Of a stretch of 63,941 nucleotides of DNA, positions 39,852 to 53,869 are shown in pieces. The translations under genes and the position numbers were made by a program. The stretch is from Octopus bimaculoides (Eukaryota): assembly GCF_001194135.2 (NCBI RefSeq), contig NC_069008.1, positions 16,284,683-16,348,623 on the forward strand. The letters run 5' to 3'. A model generated the notes under the pieces. That model was not told where the DNA came from, ran no database searches, and saw nothing but the letters and a program-made list of their open reading frames with translations. Position 1 is the first letter of the stretch. Each line of letters starts with the position of its first letter.

Positions 39852-42189
39852 TTGTATCATTGTCAAAATTCATGGGAACACCCAACAACAACCAATATTT
39901 TAAAACCATTTCTCTTGCAAAATCATGGCTTAACATTTGACAGTAACCATACATATTTCAAGTACAAACATACTTGTATATCTATTCCATATAACATGCT
40001 TCAAGGATATAGGAAAGATACTGTCATTATATTTGATGTCGTTGGTAAATAATAAGACAGCAAACTGGCAGAATTGTTAACATGTCTGGTAAAATGCTTG
40101 TCAGCATTTCATCTGTTTTGATAAAGTTATGGAAAGAAATGAAGGAAAGGATCAAATTGAAGATTGTGTTTTGGAGCTGAGAAGAGAAGGAAACGTTGTT
40201 TATTACACTCCCAAGAAGAAGCATACAGCTGTGGATAAACCATTTTTTGAATCTGGAGAGTTTCATGGAAAAAAAAAAATTCAAGCTGGGATCGTTACGA
40301 CAGTGGGTCATCTGGATATTCTCTCTGTAGAATAAACATGTCATAAAAAGATTGTTCTGCACTGTAGTAAGAGACCTGGGTGAATTTAGAAGAATGCAGA
40401 TGCCATGAACCGTACTGCAAATGTCCTCGGTCAATGTAATAAGCTTTGCAACGACATCTGGACATCTAATTTGTTGAGACTGGAGGAATTTTGGTGCAGA
40501 AGATGGCTGGGAATCATAATCCAAAGACTTCAGTAGATCATCCTGATCTTCTTCTAAATCTAAATTGGTGATTCAATACTGTTGCTCTTTAAATATTCAC
40601 AGAGATTTTTCTCTGGTGGATATCTATACCACTGATATTGTTTGGAAGACCTTAGAAATTCTGTGATGGTGATGGTGTTCAAAATACATGAAACCAATTC
40701 CAAGACAGACATTCATCTCAGTGGAATCCCCTCATTTCACCTGGACTGTCACTCATTAGTCTTCTTTCGTTTATAATAATTTTTAAGTAAACATTCACTT
40801 TGAACCTTGCAGTTGCAACAAGTATTTTCACAAATAGTTGTATTCTTACTCTGTTCCACCTCAGTGCAATTTACTGCTTCATCTACATTCGAGAGGTTCG
40901 GATGGGATTTAACACGGGTTGTATCCCTTTATACACTAGACGTCCCAAATTTACTTTCATTTGTTATGGCATAAACTAATATTACAATTATTATAAAAAT
41001 TAGATAATTATTTTTTATTTTCATAAATGGAAGATATAATCTGGCCTAAATTATTAGATATAGCATAACCAATTCTAAGAAGCCTGGGGTTAATAACATC
41101 ACATCTATTTTCCTTTGTAAAATGTTTACAGAAAAGTTTGTATAAGGTTCCACTCAAATTACTCATAATTTGATTAGCAAATGGAACTGTTAACCAAACG
41201 GAGGCACGATGGCCTAGTGGTTAGGGCAGCAGACTCATGGTCGTGGGACCGCGGTTTCAATTCCCAGACAAATTGTGTTTATTGTGCAAAAACAACTTAA
41301 GCTCCACAGGGCTCCAGCAGGGGATGGTGGCGAACCCTGCTGTACTCTTTCACCACAACTTTTTCTCACTGTTTCTGTCGTACCTGTATGTTAATTGAAG
41401 AGTAATAGCTGTCAATATCTATTTGCATGAATTCCTACTTTTAAATATAATTCTATTAAACCAATGTTACTTCAGAAGTACTAGACCAGAGTTGTAATCT
41501 ATTTCTTTAAGAACTTGTATATACTTATCCAAAATAGCTTTACTAAGTTTACTCAGGTTTCATTTACCTGGGCAAATCAATCTTACTTTAGGGTAACTGT
41601 TAAAATTTTCTTTCAGATACTTTGAAATAATCCTTAGCCTTTTGGTCTTTTAGAAATAAAAAGTTCAATTGTCATCCAATTTGTAGTTTTCCATAACTTT
41701 TTAAACAATGCACATGTCTGAGTCTGTCGTAGGTTAGCCAACACATTAAAATGTAACTCCCTTTTGGGAAAATTCTTCCCTGAAAAAATACCTAATTGAT
41801 CAGTTTCAATATGAGAATTTAAATTCAATTAATTTCATTTTAATTTCTGTAATAGAATTGGATACAGAAACAGCTGTAGGACTGGAATTTCATTACATGA
41901 ATTCGAATGAAGTGATATCTGCATGTTAATGTCTCCATTTCCTTCCACACACATATATAATCATTATCATTTAATATCCATGTTCCATGATCTGATATGT
42001 CCAAGGTTTGCATCATACTTCAGTGTATGTTTTTGTATGTATTCTATGGCTGGATGCTCTCCCTAATGTTAACCACTTTATGGCATGGATTGGGTACTGT
42101 TTTTTTTTTTTTTCTCCTGCATTTCTCCTATACTATTGAAGTCACCGTGCAGCTCGCAGAAATAAAAGCTCTGCAGAGTTGAGTGAAGG

Positions 42190-42725
42190 ACAGTTGTAAA
42201 TCTATATTAAATCTCCAGGAATTGTTTGTAAGCTGAGAAATGTTTTTAAAGATAAATAATTATGATTCAGTTTCTTGTCTTAGATGTCATAGACTTCTGT
42301 TCACACGTGTGGAACATTTGCCACGTATAGCCCAATACATTTTCTACATATCATTAGAATACTTGTTGGTGGCCGGGTCTTCACCTGAACTCAATTAATG
42401 GAAGCATGCTAGAATATGTGTAACAATAGCGATGCGAATAATTTGTGCTTTCTATTTAAAGTCCAGAAGGGTGAGGAAAGTTTATTGATTGATTTGTTGT
42501 TGATTACAAGCCATTTCCCCTGTCCTGTAAAATATGGAACAACCAATTAACGATGTAAAGCTGTGATCAAATGGAATATGTAATTAGGAAGGTGATGGAA
42601 CACCGACCCTGAAATACGAAGGTTGCCCTGTCTAATTCACAAACATTAATGTTCACCTTAACAAAAGATAATTACTATATATAATTAGATTTAGTTCAAC
42701 TAATTAGAAACGCACCTAATAGGTG
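42190..42725 (-). pseudogene. Relic family B 5' module (ATG deleted, donor lost)
   Basis: Colinear with 18550-19270. Confidence 0.6.
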
Positions 42726-42768
42726 GTTTCAAATGAAATAAGTGTGTATCAAATGAAATTAAAATCCT

Positions 42769-43115
42769 GGAGTGGCTGTGTGGAAAGTAGCTTGCATACC
42801 AACCCCATGGTTCCGGGTTCATTCCCACTGCGTGGTACCTTGGGCAAGTGTCTTCTACTATAGGCTCGGGCCGACCAAAGCCTTGTGAGTGGATTTGGTA
42901 GACAGAAACTGAAAGAAGCCTGTCGTATATATGTGTGTATATATATATATATATAGATACGACGGGCTTCTTTCAGTTTCCATCTACCAAATCCACTCAC
43001 AAGGCTTTGGTCGGCCCGAGGCTATAGTAGAAGACACTTGCCCAAGATGCCAAGCAGTGGGACTGAACCCGGGACCATGTGGTTGGTAAGGAAGCTACTT
43101 ACCACACAGCCACTC
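42769..43115. mobile_element. Tail-to-tail inverted pair of CORE-like SINEs
   Basis: Both arms carry (C)CTTGGGCAAGTG, resembling the MIR CORE; ~30-nt (TA)n spacer; other copies at ~18370-18500 and 62150-62260. Confidence 0.8.
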
Positions 43116-43369
43116 CTACGCCTATATATATCATATGTAATATGATATAGAATAAGTCCTGGGGTCGATTTGCTCGACTAAAAGGCGGTGCCCCAGCATG
43201 GCCGCAGCCAAATGACTAAGACAAGTAAAAGAGTAGAAAAAGAGTATGTAATACGGAACCAGTGCCAACGTTATATTGCTTTAATCAAAATGAAAAGAAA
43301 AATTACATGGGTCTTAGTACTATGACCTTGTAAAATTTGATTTGATTTGGTCGAACCATTTGAGAACAC

Positions 43370-44497
43370 ATAAGAAAATAGACAATATGCTCCGTTGGAT
43401 GTGTAATGTCAATGTGAATACCCGTCAGAGTGTAAGTATCTTGAGAGAAAAGCTGAACATTAGAAGCATCAGTTGTGGTGTGCAAGAGAGACGATTGCGC
43501 TGGTATGGACATGTGGTGAGAATGGATGAGGATAGCTGCGTGAAAAAGTGCCACACCCTAACAGTTGAGGGAACCCGTGGAAGAGGTAGGCCCAGGAAGA
43601 CCTGGGCTGAGGTGGTGAGGCAAGACCTTCGAACATTGGGCCTCACCGAGGTGATGACTACTNNNNNNNNNNNNNNNNNNNNNNNNNNNNNNNNNNNNNN
43701 NNNNNNNNNNNNNNNNNNNNNNNNNNNNNNNNNNNNNNNNNNNNNNNNNNNNNNNNNNNNNNNNNNNNNNNNNNNNNNNNNNNNNNNNNNNNNNNNNNNN
43801 NNNNNNNNNNNNNNNNNNNNNNNNNNNNNNNNNNNNNNNNNNNNNNNNNNNNNNNNNNNNNNNNNNNNNNNNNNNNNNNNNNNNNNNNNNNNNNNNNNNN
43901 NNNNNNNNNNNNNNNNNNNNNNNNNNNNNNNNNNNNNNNNNNNNNNNNNNNNNNNNNNNNNNNNNNNNNNNNNNNNNNNNNNNNNNNNNNNNNNNNNNNN
44001 NNNNNNNNNNNNNNNNNNNNNNNNNNNNNNNNNNNNNNNNNNNNNNNNNNNNNNNNNNNNNNNNNNNNNNNNNNNNNNNNNNNNNNNNNNNNNNNNNNNN
44101 NNNNNNNNNNNNNNNNNNNNNNNNNNNNNNNNNNNNNNNNNNNNNNNNNNNNNNNNNNNNNNNNNNNNNNNNNNNNNNNNNNNNNNNNNNNNNNNNNNNN
44201 NNNNNNNNNNNNNNNNNNNNNNNNNNNNNNNNNNNNNNNNNTGCCAGTGCCCCTGGACTGGCTTGTGCGGGTGGCACATAAAAGACACCATTTCGAGCGT
44301 GGCCGTTTTTGTGCGGGTGACACGTAAAAGCACCCACTACACTCTCTGAGTGGTTGGCGTTAGGAAGGGCATCCAGCTGTAGAAACTCTGCCAAATTAGA
44401 TTGGAGCCTGGTGTTGCCATCCGGTTTCACCAGTCCTCAGTCAAATCGTCCAACCTATGCTAGCATGGAAAGCGGACGTTAAACGATGATGATGATA
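43370..44497 (+). mobile_element. RTE-like LINE 3' end with (GAT)n tail (gap inside)
   Basis: RRLRWYGHVVRM...GTRGRGRPRKTW; 3' UTR ends in gatgatgat. Confidence 0.88.
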
Positions 44498-45116
44498 TAG
44501 AAGATAAAAAAATTAAAAAATACACTGTAAACTGTACTAACAGTTATGACAGTAAAGGTAAACGTAAAATATACACTAATTACAAATGTACTTAGTTATG
44601 AGAGATTGTACTGAGTATTGTGTTGTATATTTAAACAATTCTTTTAAAATTAAAGTCAAATATTCAATTTAAATATTATATAATTTTAAACAAGTTAATT
44701 TCTTTCTGGCCTGGTAGCAAATGATACAAGAACTAGGGGTTTGGGACCCCTGATATAAAATACAAAGTTGGTCGTTGCTCTTATATACTATTACATTGTC
44801 TATAAAATTTTTTTTGTTTCTGTTTACATAAGATACATATTATTAGAAGCAATTTTCACATAGTAGTTGTATCCAGTTCAGACCAGAAATGGATACAGAT
44901 AGAATCCCATATCCCTGTATGTTGCAAGAGGCTACTAAAGTGGTTTACATACAGAGAATGTGGTCAGAAAATAGTAGCTCAAAGAAATAACCATGATGAG
45001 TATGATTCAAGGGAAGGCTGTAGAGATTACTGTTAAGACCACAGGACTAACTCAGGGTAAAAAGATCTTAAAATGCTGGTTGTTATGAGATGCAATGAAG
45101 TTTGACATTGATATAG

Positions 45117-45308
45117 TTACACTTTTGTATGGATAGATATACATTCGGTTAAGAGAGAGAATGATTTACCACAGAAATCACAGGGATATGGTTTGTCCCT
45201 TGTATGAATACATTTGTGATTCATGACATTATTATATGAGAATGATTTACCACAGACATCACAGTGAAATGGACTCTCTCTCGTATTAATATATTTGTAT
45301 TTAGGCAA
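45117..45308 (-). pseudogene. Isolated degenerate two-finger remnant
   Basis: [34 protein letters not shown]; no start context. Confidence 0.65.
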
Positions 45309-46010
45309 CGTTTCTGAGTAAAAGACTTTTTACAGATATGCTAATGTTGTGGTTTCCCATTCTTCTGCTCTGAAATTCCTCCAGTCTCAACAGACTTGGT
45401 CCAGATGTTGCTGCAGATCTCATTACTTAACTGAAGACATTTCCAGAATGGTTCGTGGCATTTGCATTCTTCTAAATTCATCCAGGTCTCTTATTACTGT
45501 GCAGCACGACATGTTTATGACAAAATTTGACTTCTACAGAGAGAATATCCAGATTCTCCTCCTTGGTCGATTTTCTGTAATGAAACTCTCCACAGATTCA
45601 CGAAATGGTTTATCCAGAACCTTATTCTTCTTGAGAGTGTAAGAAACAACACTTCCCTGTTTTTTGTTTCTTCTTGGCTTCAAAACACAATCTTCAAATT
45701 GGTCTTCATTTCCTTCCATAACTTTATAAAGACAAATGAAATGCTGATAAGCATTTTGCTAGACATGTTAACAATTCTGCCAGTTCCTGCCTTATTTAAA
45801 CATGACATCAAATATCTTTCCTATATCCTTGAAGTATGTTATATGGACTATATATAAAAGCATGTTTATACTTGAAACATGTATGGTTGCTGTCAAGGGG
45901 TCAATGATTACTGTTAAGGGCACAAAAGTTAAGCCATGATTTAGCAGGGGGAATGGTTTTGAAATATTGGTTCATGTCTGGTGTTCTAATGAATTTTGAC
46001 AATAATATAA

Positions 46011-46952
46011 TCACACTTTTACATGAATAGATGCACGTGTAGTTAAGTTGCTTCTCCACGAGAATGATTTACCACAGAAATCACAGGAATATGGTTTTCT
46101 ACTGTGTGAATATGTCTGTGTCCTTTTAAGATTGCACTGTCCAAGAATGCTTTCTCACAGATATCACAATTATATAGTTTTTCTCCTGTATGAATACGTT
46201 CATGTCTAGTCAAGTTAGTAATTCTAGAGAATGATTTACCACAGATATCATAGTGATGTGGTCTCTCTCCTGTGTGAACATGTCTGTCTCAAGTGACTAT
46301 TTCCAGTGAATGCCTTGACACAAAGATCACAATTATATGGTCTTTCTCCTGTGTGAATACGTTTGTGCCTTTTTAAGTGACTGCTGTCAGTGAATGCCTT
46401 GCCACAGGTATCACAGTGATATCGTTTCTCTCCTGTATGTATACATCTGTGTTTCGTCAAATTACTACTGTTAGAGAATGATTTACCACAGATATCACAA
46501 TTATATGGTTTTTCTCCAGTATGGGTACGTTTGTGTTTAATCAAGTCACCAATTCCAGTGAATGATTTACCACACACATCACAGTGAAATGGCTTTTCTC
46601 CAGTATGAATATATTTGTGTCTAGTTAAGTTAACTTTTGCAATGAATGATTTACCACAGATATCACAATTATATGGTTTTTCCTCTGTATGAATACGTTT
46701 GTGTTGAATTAAGGTACTGTTTACAGAGAATGATTTATCACAGATATCACAGTGATACGGCTTCTCTCCTGTATGAATACGTTTATGTTTAATTAAGTCA
46801 TTGCTTTGAGAGAACGATTTACCACAGATATCACAATGAAATGGCTTCTCACCTGTATGAACACGAATGTGTCTAATTAACTCACTACTTGTAGAGAATG
46901 ATTTACCACAGATTTCACAACAATGTTGTGATTTTCCTAATTCGTTTGACAT
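46011..46952 (-). pseudogene. Zinc-finger locus A7: 7 intact fingers, ~5-bp deletion in finger 8, 3 out-of-frame fingers ending SIHVKV*
   Basis: ATG (MSNELGK) at 46952; reads NSHLRQTCS instead of NSHLRRHRHVH near 46285; ancestral stop at 46011-46013. Confidence 0.8.
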
Positions 46953-48094
46953 TTCTCTAAGGGATACAAAGAAACCCAACCATTTAAGCTTCTAACAGTA
47001 TTAAATTTCCCCCTTATCTTTGTTCTCTCACCACAGCATATAATTTCCTTTTTCTTGTTATAGTTTATTCCTTAGAAATACATCTACTGCTATCAATTGT
47101 GAGGTTATCGATATCTAAAATTCTGCAGACCCCTTTACAAATATATATTCAAGTTTAATTAGAATGTAAAAGCACCAGGTAATGAGAGGGAAAAATGTTA
47201 CTATGAATCTCTTGTCAGAACAAATATTTCATAACAATTCAAACATAGATTTATAGCAGTTGGGTCATTATATCTCTTCTCTAAATCATTTTCCTTTTGT
47301 TTAAAAAAAAACATGGTAAATATTCCAGATGTATCCAATGAACAATAGTTTTTCTGTGCCAATGACATCTGAAATAATAAAGAAACTGTATAAGTTATAG
47401 AGGAGAGATCAAAATAACGAAAGTGTTTCAGCATTTCTAAATTCTCTTCTACTCTAGGTATAAGGGCCGAAATTTTTTGGGGAGAGGGCCAGTCGATTAG
47501 ATCAACCCCAGTAGACAACTGTTACTTAATTTACCAACTGTAAAATGTGTGGTTACTCTAATAGCTGCATAAACAAAGCGAGCATTCGTCAAGGCAGTTG
47601 GTTCGAAAACAGTCATCTCACTTTCTTCAATATCATCCTTCTATCATATTGCTGGGCCCACGACTTCTCTCCCAAAGACATTTCTCATAAGGTCCACTGC
47701 AACAAGAATACTTGTGCAATTCATTGGTGTAATTTCAACTGTGAATTTATTTTAGGGACGTAAAATAGGAAATTATCCCGTGTTGTCTTTAGATCTATCC
47801 TTTGGTGAAACTTAGTCTACTTAGGAACATTCTGCTCAACATGGCTCACTGTAGCGTAGAGTTGTGTGCTCTGGAGTAAAGCAATCTGAATTAGATATGA
47901 CCAGAGAAGCTAAAGAGAGGTGGGTCGGAAGCACGGAAGGCCTCAATCCCTCCGGACCCACAAAGTTTAAAGCTGAAAACCTGGTCGTCTTCAGAGACAG
48001 GAAGGGGGAACCAAATACTCAATACACGGTATAAGTATTCCCGGATTTCTTCAAGCCCGATTCTGCACGTACGATTAACCGATAGATAGGTGTG

Positions 48095-48290
48095 TATATC
48101 TTACCTGTTATGCTATACAAACCAGTATTGTGAAAATATATCTACTCACACCATATCTCCGTAGAAATATACAAAAACACGTGGTTCTCCTCCCGATTCA
48201 AACAAGTTGTAGCTTAAACGGAAGTACGGTGTGTCATGTGACTAAAATAATCCTACCGCTCTCTAGTGAATGAAACCAAAGATGTATGAT
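48095..48290 (-). promoter_or_regulatory. Family A promoter and exon 1 (A7)
   Basis: Reverse-complement E-box 48233-48242; CGGAAGT; donor 48104; acceptor 47369. Confidence 0.65.
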
Positions 48291-48789
48291 TTTGCTGTTA
48301 ATGTGCAATAAAGTGACTAAACTTATACAATACACAAATCATTTTAGTAATTTCTCTAAATTGTCTTGCAGTCCGACTGAAGCTGAAACGAAACGTCTTA
48401 AAGACAAACTCAAGATTAAAATAATGAAAGGTAGATTTTATTAAATAGTTCGCTGTGGTAAGTTATCTCCCTTACATGGAGTTGTGAATGGGATGTATAG
48501 AAATCTTGTCTCCAATCTTTTTTATACCATGGACTGGCTTCATGCCGGACAATATTCCTACGATGGCACATGTGTAATTTCCGTGCATTTCGATAAAGAA
48601 AGCAATAATAAAAAGAGTAATTTATTAAAAGGATGACAAAGTGTATAATTCTTTCACTCTCATGTAGCAAAATCTTAAAATTATTACAAATAAAATAATT
48701 GCAAAATGTACTTACAGTTATTATAAATAATGAAGGTATTTATTAACTATTAAAAGATACTTCATTTATAAATGTATCGAACCAAATTC

Positions 48790-49197
48790 GATGACTGGCA
48801 CCTGTGCCAGTGGAGCGCTAACAGCACCATTCGAGCGTGATCCTTGCCAGTGGCACGTAAATAGCACTATTTGAGCATGATCGTTACCAGTGACGCCTTA
48901 CAGGCACTTGAAGAAACATTGGAGCGAGGTCATTGTCAGTGCCGCTGGACTGTCTCCTGTGCAGGTGGCACGTAAAATACACCATTTGAGTCTGGCTGTT
49001 GCCAGTACCGCCTGACTGGCCTTCGTGCCAGTGGCACGTAAAAGCACCCACTACACTCTCAGAGTGGTTGGCGTTAGGAAGGACATCCAGCTGTAGAAAC
49101 TCTGCCAGATCAGATTGCATCCTGGTTCGCCATTCCTCAGTCAAACTGTCCAACCCATGCTAGCATGGAGAGCGGACGTTAAACCATGATGATGACT
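48790..49197 (+). mobile_element. 3' UTR of the same RTE-like family
   Basis: aagcacccactacactctc...gatgatgatg; further fragments at ~3855-4130, 34920-35185, 36790-37000 (-) and 57090-57308. Confidence 0.8.
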
Positions 49198-50399
49198 TAC
49201 AGTTATGATATATAGTATTGAGTAGATGAATATTGACTATTTAAACAAATCTTTTAAAATTTAAGTCCAATATTCAATTTAATTATTATGTAATTTTAAA
49301 CAACTTAATTCTTTCTTTGTAGCCCGATAGCAAATAATCCACAGACAAGTTCCAGCCATGGCCCAATGGCTGGGGACCTCTGATATGAAATAGGTTGGTA
49401 GGTGCTCTTATATATTATCACGTCTTATATATTATCAATGAAATAATAAGCAGAAAAGAGAAGCCGTCATAAGAAAACTTACGTTAAAAATAACATGCAC
49501 ACGATTTTTTTTTTCTCAATAGAAGTAAATTCCAAAGTAAACGTTTCTAGTAGAGAAGTAGAAGAGAACAGAAGCAGCGTATTACTCCATTAGAAATCTA
49601 CGGATGCACATAATAGACAAAAATGAAACAATTATGGACGACTTGCTCCGAAACACCACCGAGTGGGGAACACTTCTCAAAAATAACCTGCAGTTGTTTC
49701 CTTCAAAATTCCTACATGCTCGAAATGTACNNNNNNNNNNNNNNNNNNNNNNNNNNNNNNNNNNNNNNNNNNNNNNNNNNNNNNNNNNNNNNNNNNNNNN
49801 NNNNNNNNNNNNNNNNNNNNNNNNNNNNNNNNNNNNNNNNNNNNNNNNNNNNNNNNNNNNNNNNNNNNNNNNNNNNNNNNNNNNNNNNNNNNNNNNNNNN
49901 NNNNNNNNNNNNNNNNNNNNNNNNNNNNNNNNNNNNNNNNNNNNNNNNNNNNNNNNNNNNNNNNNNNNNNNNNNNNNNNNNNNNNNNNNNNNNNNNNNNN
50001 NNNNNNNNNNNNNNNNNNNNNNNNNNNNNNNNNNNNNNNNNNNNNNNNNNNNNNNNNNNNNNNNNNNNNNNNNNNNNNNNNNNNNNNNNNNNNNNNNNNN
50101 NNNNNNNNNNNNNNNNNNNNNNNNNNNNNNNNNNNNNNNNNNNNNNNNNNNNNNNNNNNNNNNNNNNNNNNNNNNNNNNNNNNNNNNNNNNNNNNNNNNN
50201 NNNNNNNNNNNNNNNNNNNNNNNNNNNNNNNNNNNNNNNNNNNNNNNNNNNNNNNNNNNNNNNNNNNNNNNNNNNNNNNNNNNNNNNNNNNNNNNNNNNN
50301 NNNNNNNNNNNNNNNNNNNNNNNNNNNNNCGTTGGTAACGAAATAATTAAAGGATGATGACAATTGATAAGTTTAGAATTATAAGAAAAAAGATTTGTC

Positions 50400-51944
50400 T
50401 CATGTTTTGTAATTAAAAGTCTTCTTTCCTCGAGAGTGGATTTCTTTATGTCTTTTTAAATGACTATTTCTGTTAAACGATTTCCCACAAACTTCACAAT
50501 GATATGGCTTTTCTCCAGTGTGGCTAAGTTTGTGGACAATTAGACTAGAATTAGCACAGAAAGATTTCCCACATGTCTCACAGTGATAAGGTTTTTCTGT
50601 GTGTATTCGTTTGTGAGTAGTCAAATCTCTATTGGACGCAAAACACTTGCCACACACTTCACAACTGAAAGGTCTTTCTCCAGTGTGCGTCCTTTTGTGT
50701 CTGTTTAAATCGCTGTTATTAATAAAAGATTTCTCACACATTTCACAGTGGAAAGGTTTTTCTCCAGAATGTATCAGCTTGTGCTTTGTTAAATTACTAT
50801 TGGAGGCAAAGGATTTCCCACACATCTCACAATAATATGGCTTTTCTCCAGTGTGACTACGAATGTGTAAAATGAGATAAGAGTTATTTATGTAAGACTT
50901 GCCACATATTTCACAGTGAAACAGTTTTTCGCCAGTGTGTAATATTTTATGTGTTTTTAATTGACTATTAGTAGTAAATGATTTCTCACAAATATCACAG
51001 TGGAAAGGTTTTTCTCCACTATGACTACGTATGTGTATAACAAGAGAATAGTTATTTATGTAAAATTTACCACATACTTCACAGTGAAATGGCTTTTCTC
51101 CAGTATGACTTACTTTATGAGTTTTTAAGTGACTGTTAGTAATAAAAGATTTCCCACATATTTCACAGTGGAAAGGTTTATCTCCAGTGTGTATTCGTTT
51201 GTGTCTATTTACGTAACTATTATCAACAAAAGATTTCCCACATATTTCACAACGATAGGGTTTTTCTCCAGTGTGACTACGTTTGTGGATAACAAGATGA
51301 GAATTATTAAGAAACGATTTCCCGCATGTTTCACAATTAAACAGTTTCTCTTTGATATGCTTTCTTTTGTGTGCTGCTAAATCACTGTTATCAACAAAAC
51401 ACTTTTCACATAGTTCGCAATAAAACGGTTTTTCTCCACTGTGCATTCTTCTGTGTTTTGTTAGCTTGCTGTTATAGACAAACGATTTGCCGCAGATTTC
51501 ACAATGAAAAGGTTTCTCACCAGTGTGAATTCTTCTGTGAACTGCAAGGTTGGAATTTTCAGAGAAGGACTTCCCGCATATTTCACAACTGTAGGGTTTT
51601 TCCCCTGTGTGGATTCTCATATGAACGACAAGATTAGAATTATCAGAGAATGATTTTCCACATATTTCACAATGGAAAGGTTTCTCTCCAGTGTGTATTC
51701 TTGTATGTTTTGTTAATTTACTATTAGAAACAAAATATTTCCCACATATTTTACAATGGAAATATTTTTCCTTAGTGTGTATTTCTTTATGTTTGAAGAC
51801 TTCATGTTCTGAAGAGAATGTCTTCACACAAATCTCACAGCAGTATTCAGGAACATTTTTCTCTAGAGCTTTCTTATCTCTAACTGTATCTATATTGTTA
51901 ATAACATTTGTGTTTGAAGAGTCCAATTGATTAACCTTCTCCAT
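50400..51944 (-). CDS. C2H2 zinc-finger protein B1 (family B, 17 fingers, 514 aa)
   Basis: Intact ORF; MEKVNQLDSSNTNVINNIDTVR leader; HCEICGKSF fingers. Confidence 0.93.
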   Translation of the reverse strand: MEKVNQLDSSNTNVINNIDTVRDKKALEKNVPEYCCEICVKTFSSEHEVFKHKEIHTKEKYFHCKICGKYFVSNSKLTKHTRIHTGEKPFHCEICGKSFSDNSNLVVHMRIHTGEKPYSCEICGKSFSENSNLAVHRRIHTGEKPFHCEICGKSFVYNSKLTKHRRMHSGEKPFYCELCEKCFVDNSDLAAHKRKHIKEKLFNCETCGKSFLNNSHLVIHKRSHTGEKPYRCEICGKSFVDNSYVNRHKRIHTGDKPFHCEICGKSFITNSHLKTHKVSHTGEKPFHCEVCGKFYINNYSLVIHIRSHSGEKPFHCDICEKSFTTNSQLKTHKILHTGEKLFHCEICGKSYINNSYLILHIRSHTGEKPYYCEMCGKSFASNSNLTKHKLIHSGEKPFHCEMCEKSFINNSDLNRHKRTHTGERPFSCEVCGKCFASNRDLTTHKRIHTEKPYHCETCGKSFCANSSLIVHKLSHTGEKPYHCEVCGKSFNRNSHLKRHKEIHSRGKKTFNYKT

Positions 51945-52790
51945 ATCAATTCTTGAACAATTCTTAAAGCTGACAAATTTTTGTGAGTTAATCTAGCATA
52001 GTTCAGTTTCTTGTCTTAGATACCACAGTCCTCTGTTTACATGTGAGGAACAGATGTAATGTAGATATATTTTCTACTCACCAATAAAATGTTTTATTGC
52101 TGACTGGGCCATTTCCAAGTGGTTCACTGGGCCATTTCCAAGTAGTTCACACAATAGAAAATATAGACATCGTTAAATTATGTTATGTAGACTAAGGAAT
52201 ATACATCCATTAAAGGAATGACTGTAGTGTTTCGGTGAAATCTGAGAGATGCTGTAATGAAACGACCATGTAGCACTACTCAAAAGTATGAAAATATATG
52301 AATGTCTAACAGCGATGGCGAACCAAGAAAATAAGTGTGTGCGTATATAACATGTACTCGATAAGTAAGTGTATATATGCATACACCGGTATAAGTACTG
52401 TCCCAATAAATGAGGATTGCTTCCTAGGAATAACCGAAAAATATATAACAATGTAATAAATGTTTTCAGTTTGAAAGATGAGAAGGGAAGCGGGATGAGG
52501 AAAGTTCATTGATTGATTTGTTGCTGATTAAAAGCCATTTCCACTAAACAACAAACTAACGATGTAAAGTTGTGATCAAACGAATCATTGAATCACGAAG
52601 GTGATCGAACAGCAATCCTGAAACATGTAGATCGCCATATCTTATCCACAAACTTTAACGTTCACCTTAACACGAGATAATTGCTATACATGATATATAA
52701 TTAGATTCACACAATTAATTAGAAACACAACAAGGAGACGGTGTCGTTGATAATTTTTCCCTCATTTGAATGACACCGGTGATATACTTT
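51945..52790 (-). promoter_or_regulatory. Family B 5' module with 112-nt 5' UTR intron (B1)
   Basis: TTG|GTGAGT donor 52081; TGTCAG acceptor 51970; homologous to the B2 and B3 upstream regions. Confidence 0.6.
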
Positions 52791-53464
52791 AAAAGGTTCT
52801 GACGTAATATAGTTTTTTTTTTTTTTTAACAGTACTTCCGATGCAATCGTAATCTGCATCTGAAAGGTATTTGTGGAAATTTTCATTAACAAAAATATCC
52901 ATTTTTCTGAAAGTTATAAGGAAAAAAAAAAAAAAAACTCGAGTAGGGGAGTTACACTTATGAACATTTGCGAGAGAGTCGTTCTAACTGTTCAATAGGG
53001 CTTTAGACTATGGAAGGGGGTCACAGATCGACCTAACCAAAGTAGAATAATAAAAAAATAAACAAAAAATGATAGACTTTCACAGACTGGTAAGCATACA
53101 TTTGTGCACCTCTCCGTGTTTTTGTATGCTTTTATATTTATCCGTTAAGTATAATATGTTGATAGATAAATTCCTTATTCTCTTGATTTATTAGAAGGAA
53201 CGACGAAGAGAGAAATACAATTGTAATATTATCTGCCCCATTCACAAAATAAAATTCCTTGATGTAAAGGTCAATACGCGCAATCTATTGACAAAAGCAA
53301 AGACACTAACCATTAAATATGTTGATAGATAAACGTTTGACCATACACAAATACTATTGCATGCAGACACACATGGTCTATCTTACAGACTGTACACGAA
53401 ACACAAGCATACACGTTCTCGTTCTCTCCCTCTTTATCACACACACATTTCCATCTATCTTCGA

Positions 53465-53829
53465 TGTTGTTGGCACTCCGTCGCTTACGACGTCGAGGGT
53501 TCCAGTTGATCCGATCAACAGAACAGCCTGCTCGTGAAATTAACGTGCAAGTGGCTGAGCACTCCACAGACACGTGTACCCTTAACGTAGTTCTCGGGGA
53601 TATTCAGCGTGACAAGGCTGACCCTTTGAATTACAGGCACAACAGAAACAGGAAGTAAGAGTGAGAGAAAGTTGTGGTGAAAGAGTATAGCAGGGTTCGC
53701 CACCATCCCCTGCCGGAGCTTCGTGGAGTTTTAGGTGTTTTCGCTCAATAAACACTTACAACGCCCGGTCTGGGAATCGAAACCGCGATCCCATGACCGC
53801 GAGTCCGCTGCCCTAACCACTGGGCCATC
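53465..53829 (-). mobile_element. Same tRNA-derived SINE
   Basis: High identity to 30098-30488. Confidence 0.85.
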
Positions 53830-53869
53830 GTAAGGTGTTTTTAAATGTATTGAATTATGTTGGGAACTT

